This document shows, piece by piece, positions 22,811-34,005 of a stretch of 34,005 nt of DNA (position 1 is the stretch's first letter; each line of letters begins with the position of its first letter). The stretch covers positions 1-34,005 of the forward strand of contig NKIB01000273.1 of assembly GCA_002256025.1 (NCBI GenBank). The letters run 5' to 3'. The stretch comes from Asterionella formosa (lineage: Eukaryota). Below the pieces are notes generated by a model. The model ran no database searches. It was not told the DNA's origin and saw only the letters and a program-made list of their open reading frames with translations. The translations under genes and the position numbers were made by a program.

Positions 22811-23081
22811 CATATAATTGTTGGAACCTCATGAATTCTAGGTGATCATTAATGAGTCCAAGAAGGAGCATCTCAATGGAGACCCACTGGAATGAGAGCA
22901 GAACAAGTAAGGAACCTGTCGGACTGATTGGTATCATTATTTCTGTCCTTGTCATATTTGGAGAGTCACATGGAAGGTTGGGAGTTCAATTTACCCTCTA
23001 TCTTACTCTCATTGACATTTATTGGGAGTAAAGAAAGCATTGGGGGTCGATAAAGTCATAATGATTGAGCTTGACCCTTCT
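22811..23081 (-). pseudogene. Diverged tandem copy of the 3' end and 3' flank of the 645-aa gene
   Basis: Aligns to about 23119-23436 (TCAATGGAGA.CCA, GTCGGACTGATTGGTATCA, GCATTGGGGGTCGATAAAG, TTGAGCTTGACCCTTCT) with an internal deletion. Confidence 0.85.
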
Positions 23082-23183
23082 TGTTGGAACCTAATGAATT
23101 CTAGTTTTTCAATAGATGAAATATAATTGTGGTGAACCTAATGAATCCTAGTTGTTCATTGATGGAATCCATTAAAGAGCACG

Positions 23184-25121
23184 TCAATGGAGATCCATTT
23201 CTCCTATTTTTTGACCAATGGAATATAAAGCTCTCTTATGTAGTGGGATAAGAGCAGCACAATTAGGGAACCCGTCGGACTGATTGGTATCAATAGTCCT
23301 GTCATCTTCATATTCTGAGAGGCGCATGGAAGGCTGGGAGTTGAATCTGCCATCTATCTTAATCTCATTGACTTGTATTGAGAGTAAAGAAGCATTGGGG
23401 GTCGATAAAGCCGTAATAGTTGAGCTTGACCCTTCTGCTTGTAGTCGCTTTGTACTTGAAAGATTTCCGATTGAAATGGAAATGTTCTCGGTCTCATTTA
23501 GCTGAGTTTGATTCATCAAGGCAGCAGCAGAAATTGTTTCGGGGGAAGGCCGAAATGTCGATGAGATGCAACTCATTGCCACTTTAGCACTGGGTTTAGT
23601 ATCGACAATTGCATTATCAACAGTTTCAATAGTTGTTTTTATTTCTTCTTCGAGGAGATTGACAGCAGATTCCCTTCGTTTCTGTGTTTGAACTTGAACT
23701 TTGTAGTCCGCTCGTTGAATAATAGTGTCGTAGTCCATTTGGATCTGATCGACTATAGTCAGTTCTGTTCTCGAATCTTGGAGAACATGATTTCGAATTG
23801 GTACATGTGGTGGATCTTCTTCAGTCCCATCCACAAGCCAATGCGACGAACTACGCAAAGAGTCAGAGATGCGGTGACGTATATCTTGTTGATTTTTCAT
23901 CAACTCTTCCCTAATTTCCGAAATGCTTAGTCGCTGATGGTTGCCGTAGCTTTTCTTTGCTCGTTCCTTCAATTGATGTTTGCATGATATTTCTTTCATT
24001 GGTCGTTCCAATTGCAATTGGAATTGCGATGCCAACCCCTCATGGTTTTTTCTAAAAATGTCTTTTGTAGGTCCTCTAGTAGCACTGGAGGATCTCTGAT
24101 GTTTCTGTCGTTCCAATTTTCTAGTTTGGCGAGGTTCCTCCTTGCTATTCGATCTATTCTTTAGTGACTTTCTCCGAGTTCGTTTCTCTTTTTGTTTTTC
24201 CAAATGACGCTCTACAAAATTGTCGTCATTAGAAAAGATTGCTTGGTGCTGCTGTGGTGCCTCCGAAATGTGTTTCTGATTCTTGGTAGTTGTACACGTG
24301 TCCGTATTTCTTGGTGCTCGATACTCTTGATCAAACGTGATCCACACTTTCTCAGGTGTTGACAGGGGAAGTTGATGATGTCGTGGTGCTGGTGCGCGGC
24401 CCTCCCTAATGAGTACTTCACTAGGAGGTCGTGATTGACTCCTTTGTTGATGTTTGTGTCTTATTTTCTCCTTTTTCCTGTGCAATGACTTTTGGCGAGT
24501 CTCATTGATATCATATGCCTCATTTACAGTAGTAGTTGTTGTTGCTGTAGGAGCAACAGCTTTCTCCCTTCGAGCATCTTCCCATGTCAGTTCTCGTCGA
24601 GTAGTACCCTTTTGTTCACCATGACCATGACCATGACCATGACGACTACGGCGTACTTTTGTTCCTTCTTTTCTTTTTTCTGCAGCATCAGCAGGAGTTG
24701 AATCATGAATGATGCCTCCTCTACGTTTCTGCTGTACCACCAAAAGCCGTCGAGCCAAGACGGATGGTTCACTTTCCTGTCTCAATAGCCGGAATCGCTC
24801 ATCCGTCACTGCAAAGAGTCTTCTCGTGCTACTTTGTGATTGATTTGTAAAGAAGGATTCCTCGCTTCGTTGTCTCTGCAACTGTAACCGTAATGGAGAC
24901 ACGACGTCCTTGTGGTCCAAAGGATCCGCTTCAGTGTCAGTGTAAGTTTCACTGTCTAGTGCATCATCCAGAATCCTTCGAAGTAGGAGGTCGTCTTCAT
25001 CGAAACAAATGATTTTCACTGCAGCAACTGCAGCATCAGCATCAGCATCAGTAGCGGATTGAAATGCCAAAAGCCAAGGCTGCTGTTCTGACGTCGACAA
25101 GAGATTCAAATTCGGATTCAT
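23184..25121 (-). CDS. Hypothetical hydrophilic, low-complexity protein (645 aa)
   Basis: Long uninterrupted ATG-started ORF rich in R/K/Q/E/S/T with HGHGHGHG and poly-T tracts. I recognise no domain. Confidence 0.75.
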   Translation of the reverse strand: MNPNLNLLSTSEQQPWLLAFQSATDADADAAVAAVKIICFDEDDLLLRRILDDALDSETYTDTEADPLDHKDVVSPLRLQLQRQRSEESFFTNQSQSSTRRLFAVTDERFRLLRQESEPSVLARRLLVVQQKRRGGIIHDSTPADAAEKRKEGTKVRRSRHGHGHGHGEQKGTTRRELTWEDARREKAVAPTATTTTTVNEAYDINETRQKSLHRKKEKIRHKHQQRSQSRPPSEVLIREGRAPAPRHHQLPLSTPEKVWITFDQEYRAPRNTDTCTTTKNQKHISEAPQQHQAIFSNDDNFVERHLEKQKEKRTRRKSLKNRSNSKEEPRQTRKLERQKHQRSSSATRGPTKDIFRKNHEGLASQFQLQLERPMKEISCKHQLKERAKKSYGNHQRLSISEIREELMKNQQDIRHRISDSLRSSSHWLVDGTEEDPPHVPIRNHVLQDSRTELTIVDQIQMDYDTIIQRADYKVQVQTQKRRESAVNLLEEEIKTTIETVDNAIVDTKPSAKVAMSCISSTFRPSPETISAAALMNQTQLNETENISISIGNLSSTKRLQAEGSSSTITALSTPNASLLSIQVNEIKIDGRFNSQPSMRLSEYEDDRTIDTNQSDGFPNCAALIPLHKRALYSIGQKIGEMDLH

Positions 25122-28100
25122 TCTTCGCTCGTTATTTCGAATGAGCGATTACGATACGTCTCTCCTCGTTCCACGATCAATAGCTAGACTATTAGACTTC
25201 TACTCCTTAATGGCTGGCTGTACCCTGATGGCATAGGAGTCTACCGGTACAAAGGCAAATGAGTGGAATGCACCCAAAATGATATTTTATCATTAAGAAA
25301 TTGTTACTGGGGAACAAAAACCAATCCGATGCATACTTTATGTGTTTCTAGTTGAAATGTACGTTCGGTGGTATGTATTTCATCTGTAAGTACATAGTGT
25401 GGCATACATATGATATTTATAATTCAATTACCGGTAGAAGGGCCTATGTAATAGTGCTTGTTCGTGGAACCGCTCGTCAACTACGGTACGGTATCATACA
25501 GTACCCTGGACTATTTTTAAAAAGGGTGGGCAATGGCAACACCAAGAAGGAAATTTTGAGCAACGACTATATTTATACTGTGCATGATGCTACTAATGTG
25601 ATAAATTTGTCGTGCCCTGCTTTTTTATCCATTCATCAATTTTCCTCGTCCACACAGAAATGTTTCACAAAGAAGGACGGCGAAACATCCATACTGCGCA
25701 CCGCTACATATAAATGGACTGGTTCTTGTCTACAGGATGTTTGATAATTTACGGCTATATACCCTGGTACCAGGTACCCGTAGGGCAGGTACTCACTTCC
25801 GGCTATTCTGTTCAATTGTACCTGTAAATCATTTCCACCCAGCGATACATAATTCGTCAACTACCGGTACACCTCTGTCACTACGACACCGAACACTACT
25901 GTTCGGATAAACTACATTTCTCCCTTGAGATTATGATGAAAAAACTTTACTTATTACCACCAGTGTCTCGACTACATATGTAATTTGAAGTCCTATCTAG
26001 GTTATTATGTCTTTGTCAAACATCCATACTTTATATAGGACTAGAAAGAGGACCAGTAATGACATATCTGTCGCAGTGCAAATTGTGTACAAACGCTATT
26101 TACACAATATATGTGTAGCTATTTATACTCATATACATTTCTTTATTAAAAAGATTGTATTTACGTTGTAAATAGGATGTTATGTTGCTAACAAGAAAGA
26201 GCTCGACATTTGTGAAGGTGCATTTTCGATGTCGCACTTGAGACCCTCGGAACCCTACATAGCGGTGAATGAACAAGCAACGAAGTACTGGGTGGAGAAA
26301 TGTGGGAATCAAACAAACACACCAACAACACACACACACACCCCAGAAGGAGGTGTACTTACTACTTCTTATAAAAGGTGTGCCATTCCCCAATTACTGT
26401 ACTACATGAATATATCTATGTTTGGGGAGGGTTCGAGTGGATACTATACCTTCTGAGGTGAGGCATTGGTACCATTGACAGGGGATGGTAGCTACTGTTC
26501 AGCTTACACATTCATTTCCTGTCGCAGAGTCAGAGTCATGTAGACTCAAGCAAGTCTACAATCTTAATCTCTACTATATCCCATGTCAATGTCAAAGTAG
26601 AACACAAAAGGAAATTGACTTTTTTCTGGAGAGATCAATTAGAGTTTTCCTCAGGACCAGCTACTTAAAGATTATTATCACATCCTATTTGATGATAGAA
26701 TATCATTTCATTTGATTTTTAATTAGTAGGGATCAGACGTGAAGAAATTCTTTGGTCAGATGGTAGTTAGTGATCATCAGACCAGAAGAAGGAAAAACGT
26801 CAGGATTATCCAATAAATCAAAAAATCACAAGATTGAAAAACTCCAGGACAACACGTTAAAAATGCTGTTTTGAAAGTTCCTGTAACATAAGGTTGTAAT
26901 TCCGATAAACTCAATATAAATACAAAATTTTATTTGATCAATAGTTTTAAAAATCTTTTTTAAATGTAAATAAATGTATTAATTGGTCATTTCAATGCCT
27001 AGATACAACATTTTCTTTTTATAAGAGCCAGTACATAAGATCAACAACTAGTAAGCTTACTTATGTGAAATGGTCACTTCACGTAATATGTTGCTTAGAT
27101 GTAGTGAATACATGTAAACCATAAACTGAGAATGTCGAAAAAATCTCTTATGGTTGTTTCTTTCCTGATTCCAAACACGATTTGGTGCATACGTAGGCTC
27201 TGAATTGATGTGGCTTGTTGTCAATACTACATTTAGTGCTAGAAAATAGTAGAAACACGACTGAATGGGACAGCTCTCTTCCAAATATACAACTTCCCAC
27301 CTCCCCCCCTCCTGTTCCACAGGAAACCTTCGTCCTACACTTTCCAAGAACATCGCCCTATTACTACTTCTTGAGCATGTTGCTACCTCAAATCGACGAC
27401 TACCAGCTGATTTTGCTGAGTTATTCTTCATGCCTGCTGTCATTCCATCACCCTCATCAAGTCATCACCTCGCTCGATTCCAGTCCAGCCACAACGTTTC
27501 TCTTCCACATTGCATCATCCACTGTGCTTATTCTTGCAAGTTCAAGAAACACCACAGAACATTATGAGTGTGAATAACAATCATCACACATAACAACAAT
27601 GATTGTGCTGCCGCCAAGAAAGATGACATGAACTTACCAATCTTTGCCTGGATGATCATCATAGGGGACAATGAATGGGAGTAGATTCAACAATCACTAT
27701 CAACCTAAGAACAAAACTCTCTGAAACGAAGAAGAGTAATGCTTCAATGCACTAGTACTATGAATCTAGTAGTATTCCAATAAAGTAGCACATCTAGCTA
27801 CCTCTATTTTACTAGCTAGCAGTTGAAGTTATAATAACTCTTTCAATTTAAGGCAGCTGTAATTTTCCATCATCTGTTGTTGCAACCAACATGGTGGAGG
27901 TGATGGATGGCCAGGAGCCATTTCATCTCATGAGAGGGGTCTCAAAATTTGGGTTCTTACTAATTAATTCAAAACTAAATTTACTATAGGAAAAGATGAG
28001 GATGAGCTAAAATAATATTTTCTTCTTTTAAGTATCATTGTTTACTATATGTTTCAAGTAGATGACATGAGAGACAATGTAGAGAGCAATGTTCGAGTTA

Positions 28101-28776
28101 ATACTCTACATGTGTTGTGTTTCATCAATGTGAAGGGAATAAATGCAATTTTTCTATTTATTAGCATACACATCGGTGCATGGAGTTCATAACGAACAAG
28201 TCTGCGTTTTATTAGTCTGTACATAAAAATGATAAATGTATATACGGTATATGTATGATAGAATAATCGTCATCTTACGCCGGTACATGGGATACGGTAT
28301 ACCACAAGGAGTTCAAACAAATTCAACAAGGCAGGCAAAGGGTCGAACACACCGATTATTATTATATATATATAAATACAATGAGGATGATGGAGCGAAC
28401 AAAAAAAAAGAAGTGGGTTACTCTGATTACTATGTAGCGGTTTCGGTACACCATTAGCAGTATAAATAGATAGTAGCAAGCAGGCACGGATCCGTATTAA
28501 TAAATATCACACACATAAATGTACACGTATGTGTTTTGCGTACTGGTATATATTCTGCATGAATATGACGCCGACGCGTGCACACCTATTTTGTTACACA
28601 ATATTATAGTACATGGTACCTGGTACCAGGTACCAGGTACTAACCCTGATACCGGTACCAGTATGTACAACACATCCTTCCCTGCTTGCCTTCGGATTAC
28701 GGCATGAAAGGAGAGAGTTATTTGCTTGTTGTTTTTTCTTTCAGTGCAATACCGGTAGCTTTCTGCAAACGTAACG

Positions 28777-30142
28777 ATGAGCAAATCACCGCGATTGGCA
28801 GATATTGCCGCTCTCTCTGTGGCTGGAATAGCTGCAGTCCAGTTATTGACCGATGCTAATCCAATTGGCCGCTGTTTGTTGTTGTTGAAGCAGTTGCGAG
28901 GTCATGTGAGTAGCACAGACAGAACTGACTGCCTAGCTGATACTACTGCACAGCATTGGCTTCCATGGAAGCCGAAAACTTTTGAATTACCGGTATTTTC
29001 ACAGCTTCCATGGAAGCCGCACACACTGGCACTCTACCATGATCGTCAAGGAAGCACTAACCCTTTGTCTTGCCCTCTCACTCTGACGCTCACAACTCAA
29101 CTCACAGGAGAAGCGCTTGACGGCCTCCACAGACGTCAACGGAGGCATCGATAGGTACAACGACCTTCACCACGCGGCCTCTGTGGAAGTCCGCAACAAG
29201 GAGTACAAATCCCTCGTGAACGCCTATTACGATCTAGCCACGCTCTTCTATGAATGGGGATGGGGCCAGTCCTTCCATTTCGCCTATCGGTACAAGCACG
29301 AGTCCTTTGCTGAATCCATTCGACGACACGAGTACTACTTGGCCTCCAAGTTGGCCGTGTGGAGCAGCAAGGCGAGGATCTTGGACGTTGGTTGCGGCAT
29401 TGGAGGGCCCATGCGAAACATCGCTCGCTTCACGGGAGTGGACGTGACGGGGCTGACTCTCAACCCCTACCAAGTGGAACGCGGCAATGAACTGTGCCGC
29501 GAGCAGCACCTGGACCACCTGTGCCGATCGGTGCAGGGCGACTTTATGGCCATGCCCTTCTCCGAAAACTCCTTCGACGCGGCCTATGCCATTGAAGCCA
29601 CATGTCACGCACCAGACCGCAGCGGAGTCTACCGGCAGATCTACAACTCCCTCAAGCCCGGAGCCCTCTTCGCCTGCTATGAATGGTGCATGACGGACAA
29701 GTACATTCCTGGAGATCCGGAGCACGAGCGGATCAAAAAGCTGATTGAAGAAGGAGACGGACTTCCTGATATTTGCCATACCAGCGTCTGCTCCAAAGCC
29801 ATGCTAGCTGCAGGGTTTGAATTGTTAGAGGAGCGGGACATGGCGGACGATGATGTAGGTGTTGGAGGCAAGCCCTGGATGCTCCCTTTGTTGCCCAGTT
29901 GGAATCCACTATCGCAACGTTTTCAATTCAATTGGCTCGGCTTTTGTTTGACCAATGGGCTGATTAGAACATTGGAATTCTTATGGTTGGCACCCAAAGG
30001 GACCTTTAAGACTCAACAAATGTTGCAAATGGGAGGCTTTGGATTAGGCGATGGTGGGAAACTGAAGATATTTACACCCATGTACCTGATGGTGGGACGA
30101 GTGCCTTTGGATAAAACAAGCAAGGGTACTGTAGGACAGTAG
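28777..30142 (+). CDS. SMT1: Sterol 24-C-methyltransferase (SMT/ERG6 family); exons 28777-28905 and 29108-30142, about 387 aa
   Basis: Motifs YEWGWGQSFHFA, ILDVGCGIGGP, IEATCHAP, LKPG...YEW and IEEGDGLP. A phase-0 intron GTGAG...CACAG (28906-29107) joins ...QLRGH|EKRLTAS... in frame. Confidence 0.95.
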
Positions 30143-30361
30143 TAGTACTAATATAAGTGGACTGCTGAAGTTTCATAAATTGATTCTCATGGACCCATTT
30201 AAATTCACACGACACATTCAAGCAATTAGTACATAAAGACTCTGTGGCTAGTACAGGTGATTCGTTTGTTATACTGAAAACTAGATGGTGTTTCATGGAA
30301 AGGTACAATTGACTCTCCATGCAACGGTCGAAGAAGGGTTAGGAATAAAATATTAGGCAAG

Positions 30362-32179
30362 TCAATCATTCTTCTTTTCTGTCGTATCCTTGGGTGGCTC
30401 TTCTGGTGGCAGTTCTTCTTGTTCGTTGGACGGCGCTGCAGATGCAGCAGGAGCACTACTACTCATACTACTACTACCGGTAGTAATAGTAGTCTCTGGT
30501 AGTTGTGGAACAAGAGTCCCCTCCAACATGACATCCACTGCTCGATTCAAATTTCCATGAGACATTACCAAAGCTCTCATATTGAGCTGTTCATCATCAA
30601 ATCCCATTTCTCGAAGTGACTGAAGTTGACGACGATACCGATCCGATGGATGCTGTTGTTGTTGTTGTGAAGTAGCATGATGATGTTGTTGTAAATGTGT
30701 TGATTGCATTTGTTGAAGTAAATTTCCAAAGTCCAACATTCCTCCACTTGTCCCTGGTGGTGGCGGTGGTGGTGGTACAATAGTATTATTACTATTGTTC
30801 ATTAATGGCATTGTCATTCCAAAGGGTGACGATGAATTCTGCAATTGCATATTCATGGCTCTCAAAGTCGCTGGATTCATCATGGTCCTAATGAATGCTG
30901 GATCCATCATCATTTGTGCCATTTGTGGATTCTGTTGTAACATTTGTTGCATCATGGGATCTGCTTGCATCATTTGTTGCAATGTAACAGGATCTGACAA
31001 TAATTGTTCCATCATTTGTTGCATCATTGGATTTGATTCCAACATGGATAACGTCTGTTCCAGTTGTTGTGGTGAGGGAGTAGGAGGAGCCATAGTAGTA
31101 TTGTTATTGTTGTTGTTAGTATTGTTGGCCCATGGATTGTTCATCAAGGGAGAAGAAGCAGAAGCAGTCGTAGTATTCATAATTCCCCATCCTTGGGATG
31201 AAGCAGGAGATCTGGTAGATGCAGAAGCGGTTGGTCGATTCGAGGTACTTCCCCATGGGTTTGGCATGGCTGCTCCTGCAGCTCCTGCTTGCTGATTGGC
31301 CGGATTCGTAAACGAGGTAGACGTTGCAGTGTTGTTGTTATTGGTTGCCATGGCATCCATAAGTGGTTCCTGAACATCACGATACATGGAGCTAAGTGCT
31401 GCGAATCCTCCTACCAGTGGGGAGTGTGATACTGTGAGTGAAAGTTATAATGATATATATATATAAAGATGAATATATATATATACACACACGAGTAGCT
31501 ATAGAATGGCTCCAAACTAAAACCTACCTGGCATATTTTCAATTTGACTCATGGCCAATTCTTGATTCCTCATGGCATTCCTCATGGCATTTGGATCTCT
31601 CATCATTTGCAAGGATTGTCTCATGAGATCTGGATCATTCAAGACTTCTCTAAGTTGTGGATTTTGTCTCATTAATTCCCTCATTTGTGGATTACTGTCC
31701 ATCATGTTTCTCAAAACATCTGGAGTCATGACGGCTTGCATCATGGGTGAATTCATTAGTTCCGCTAGTTGTTCTGGGTCAGTTGTAGTTGTAGTAGTTG
31801 GTAGTAGTAGTGACGAAGGTGGCGGTGGTGTCGAGTTGCCGTTCAAGGTGGTATTGGGAGTAGTAGAGGAACTACTAACTGCTGTAGTAGTAGCAGCACT
31901 ACTAACTGCTGTACTACTAACTGCAGCACTACTAACGGAAGCCCTGCTTGCACTCCCCTTGACCAAATGCAGAGTCGAATCATGAGAAATGCCATAAAAG
32001 CTAAGGAGCATTGGATCATTGTCCAAGATGCGTCCCTTATAAATGAGTCGCTGCGTTTCGACGGGAAGATCCGATTCTGCAGCGGCGATGCTTTCTTTCA
32101 AAGACAGAACAGTCGCAGCGTCTCCGTCGACAGTCACATGGAATTTGACTCCTGTAGAGCGACGAATAAAGAGATTCAT
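30362..32179 (-). CDS. DSK2: Ubiquilin/Dsk2-like protein (UBL - STI1 repeats - UBA); exons 32179-31528 and 31410-30362, 566 aa
   Basis: N-terminal QRLIYKGRIL...TLHLV, M/Q/N/P-rich STI1 motifs and C-terminal QLQSLREMGF...GNLNRAVDVML. The intron GTAGG...TAG (31527-31411) restores IENMPG|GFAALSSMYRDVQEP. Confidence 0.95.
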
Positions 32180-32576
32180 CCTTGGTCAAGACCTTGGGCT
32201 TGATGGTTCGTTGTTCTTTGCCCAACAACAACCGAAGCAAATGGTCCTTCTTCTTTCGGTTTCATTCGTCAGATGCCCCAGGAATAGGTAGCTTCAGCGG
32301 CTCGCTGGTACAGTAGGATATGTACGGGGAGAAGTCTCCACCGGTAGTCGTTCATACTTAACATAATTCATATTTGTATATGTATATCTGTATGTAGGAC
32401 GTTCTACATGTACGTACGGTACAATACTATGTACTGTTACCCCGCTTCTCCTTCAAGAAACAAATAAGCATACAATACATACCCAGCACCTGGTACATGC
32501 AGTCGTAGATGATTCCTCGAAGAAGCTCACCGAAGAAAACCAAGAGGAATGGAACAGCAAGCCATCATCCATATAT

Positions 32577-32612
32577 CATACATACATACATACATACATA
32601 CATACATACATA
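32577..32612. repeat. (CATA)9 microsatellite
   Basis: Read directly. A (GA)n tract also lies at 33251-33275. Confidence 0.95.
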
Positions 32613-33285
32613 GCTAATGAGAGTACAGCGAGTACCTGATACCAGGTAAGTACTCCAGTACCAAGTAGCTACCAGGACAGTAAATTACATGGAAACTCTG
32701 GAACCTTGGTGTGGTTGAAACCACATAACACACATACCGGTATACCTGCAGGATGCATGATCGAAATAATGTTTGCTTGTGTAACCCCACCGGCATTTTT
32801 CTGAAGATACAGGTTGTACTGGTACGTATTCATACATACAGCTATACATATATATCATGAACATCAATAGGTGTCGTATGTACGACCTTGCTTTCAACAA
32901 CAACAAGAAGTAACCCTAATAATTGGGTGTGCATTCAGTTGTTTAAAGTTCACGTGCGCACCTCAATTTTAAATGTATGGCACAGAGAGGAGGAGGAGGA
33001 TCTGTTGTTCGGACTATAAATTTTTAAAAATGCTACCCGTACGTACTGGTAGTATGTGTTGTTACCTCAAGAATCTTGTGGTTTTACTCTATGCATAAAT
33101 ATAATCATCAGCACATCCTTTTATTGATAAAACGCTCAGTATTTTATCAAATCTTCAAACTTGTTCATACGACGACGTTCAATCCAACATTCATTGTACC
33201 GGTATCAATCATATATATTTATATATATATATCATAGTGCAGTAACAAAAGAGAGAGATAGAGAGAGAGAGAGAGCGATTGAATA

Positions 33286-34005
33286 ATGATTGCAGTCGTT
33301 CTTCCCTTTCCCTTCCTGCCGTTGCTGTTGGTGCTACTTCTGTCATCGGCATTCCCGGCAGTCTCAGCCTTGACAGGTCAGTACGTTTGTATCTTGCACA
33401 GAGCTAGTGTAATGTAGTGTAGCATTTAGAGTTTGTATTTGTACCTGTCGATCCAAAAACTAACAACCACTACTACTATTATTCCTCCTCTACAACACCT
33501 ACTACTACTACTACAAAGTTCGAACACCTGCTACAGCGGCACATTTTGCCAATTACATTAAATCAAACCCTACTGTAGCCAACAACATTGTTGCCAAGGG
33601 GGGATGGTATGCTCTAGAACAACAAGTTACGGCTCAATTGGCCAAACAAAACTACATCAAGATACGTCAAAACATGGAACATACAACAAGCTTTGATATT
33701 GTGGCAGCAGGAGGATATGACACCACTATTGCATTGGCTGCAGACCCAAAGGGAGTGTTGGTACAGTACATTCAACAACAAAAACATGAAATTGTACCAA
33801 CATCTTACTTGACTGCAATCGTTGGATTGTTACAAGCACAGGGGAAAGGATTTGAATCTGATTTAGTTGATGGAGAATGGATATCAGTGATGAATGTTTC
33901 AGGAAAAGCGTCACCCAAATTACAAAAAATTATTGCCAAAATGGAGCAATTGACGTACAGTAATTTTGATTGTCACCAAGGAATCTTTACAGGAAATGCG
34001 AAATT
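33286..34005 (+). CDS. Signal-peptide protein, possibly plastid-targeted PAP/fibrillin-like; incomplete at the 3' end
   Basis: Exon 1 (33286-33376) encodes MIAVVLPFPFLPLLLVLLLSSAFPAVSA-LT. The intron starts GTCAGT at 33377 and ends at AG 33518 or 33536, both in frame. Exon 2 is open to the window end (...LLQAQGKGFESDLVDGEWISV...SNFDCHQGIFTGNAK). Not in the ORF track, and the family call is tentative. Confidence 0.75.

Noticed and set aside
27057..27577. Overlapping 100-128 aa ORFs
   Set aside because: No motif support and no consistent gene structure.
28777..29154. Separate 125-aa protein upstream of SMT
   Set aside because: Explained as SMT exon 1 reading through into the intron.

Overview
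Eukaryotic nuclear DNA, most likely a diatom or related stramenopile, judged from intron-poor genes, short GT-AG introns, a signal-peptide gene and the transposase types. The left ~19 kb is a dynamic locus of repeat (solenoid) proteins. It holds an armadillo (ARM)-repeat gene with an N-terminal CxxH...CxxC module (+) and a convergent ribonuclease-inhibitor-type LRR + ARM fusion gene (-). A near-perfect 6978-bp tandem duplication (3127-10103 / 10105-17081) has both breakpoints inside these two genes. The duplicated unit also carries an LRR pseudo-cassette and a truncated PIF/Harbinger-like transposase joined to a fragment of a neighbouring gene. The middle holds a decayed pogo/DDE_1 transposase, ~200-bp tandem repeats and a 645-aa low-complexity ORF. 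The right end is ordinary: sterol 24-C-methyltransferase (2 exons), ubiquilin/Dsk2 (2 exons) and the start of a signal-peptide, possibly fibrillin-like, gene. The strongest unexplained signal is the over-representation of TACCGGTA (22 copies counted by eye) and TACC[A/T]GGTA (13 copies, some chained), almost all outside intact coding sequence.
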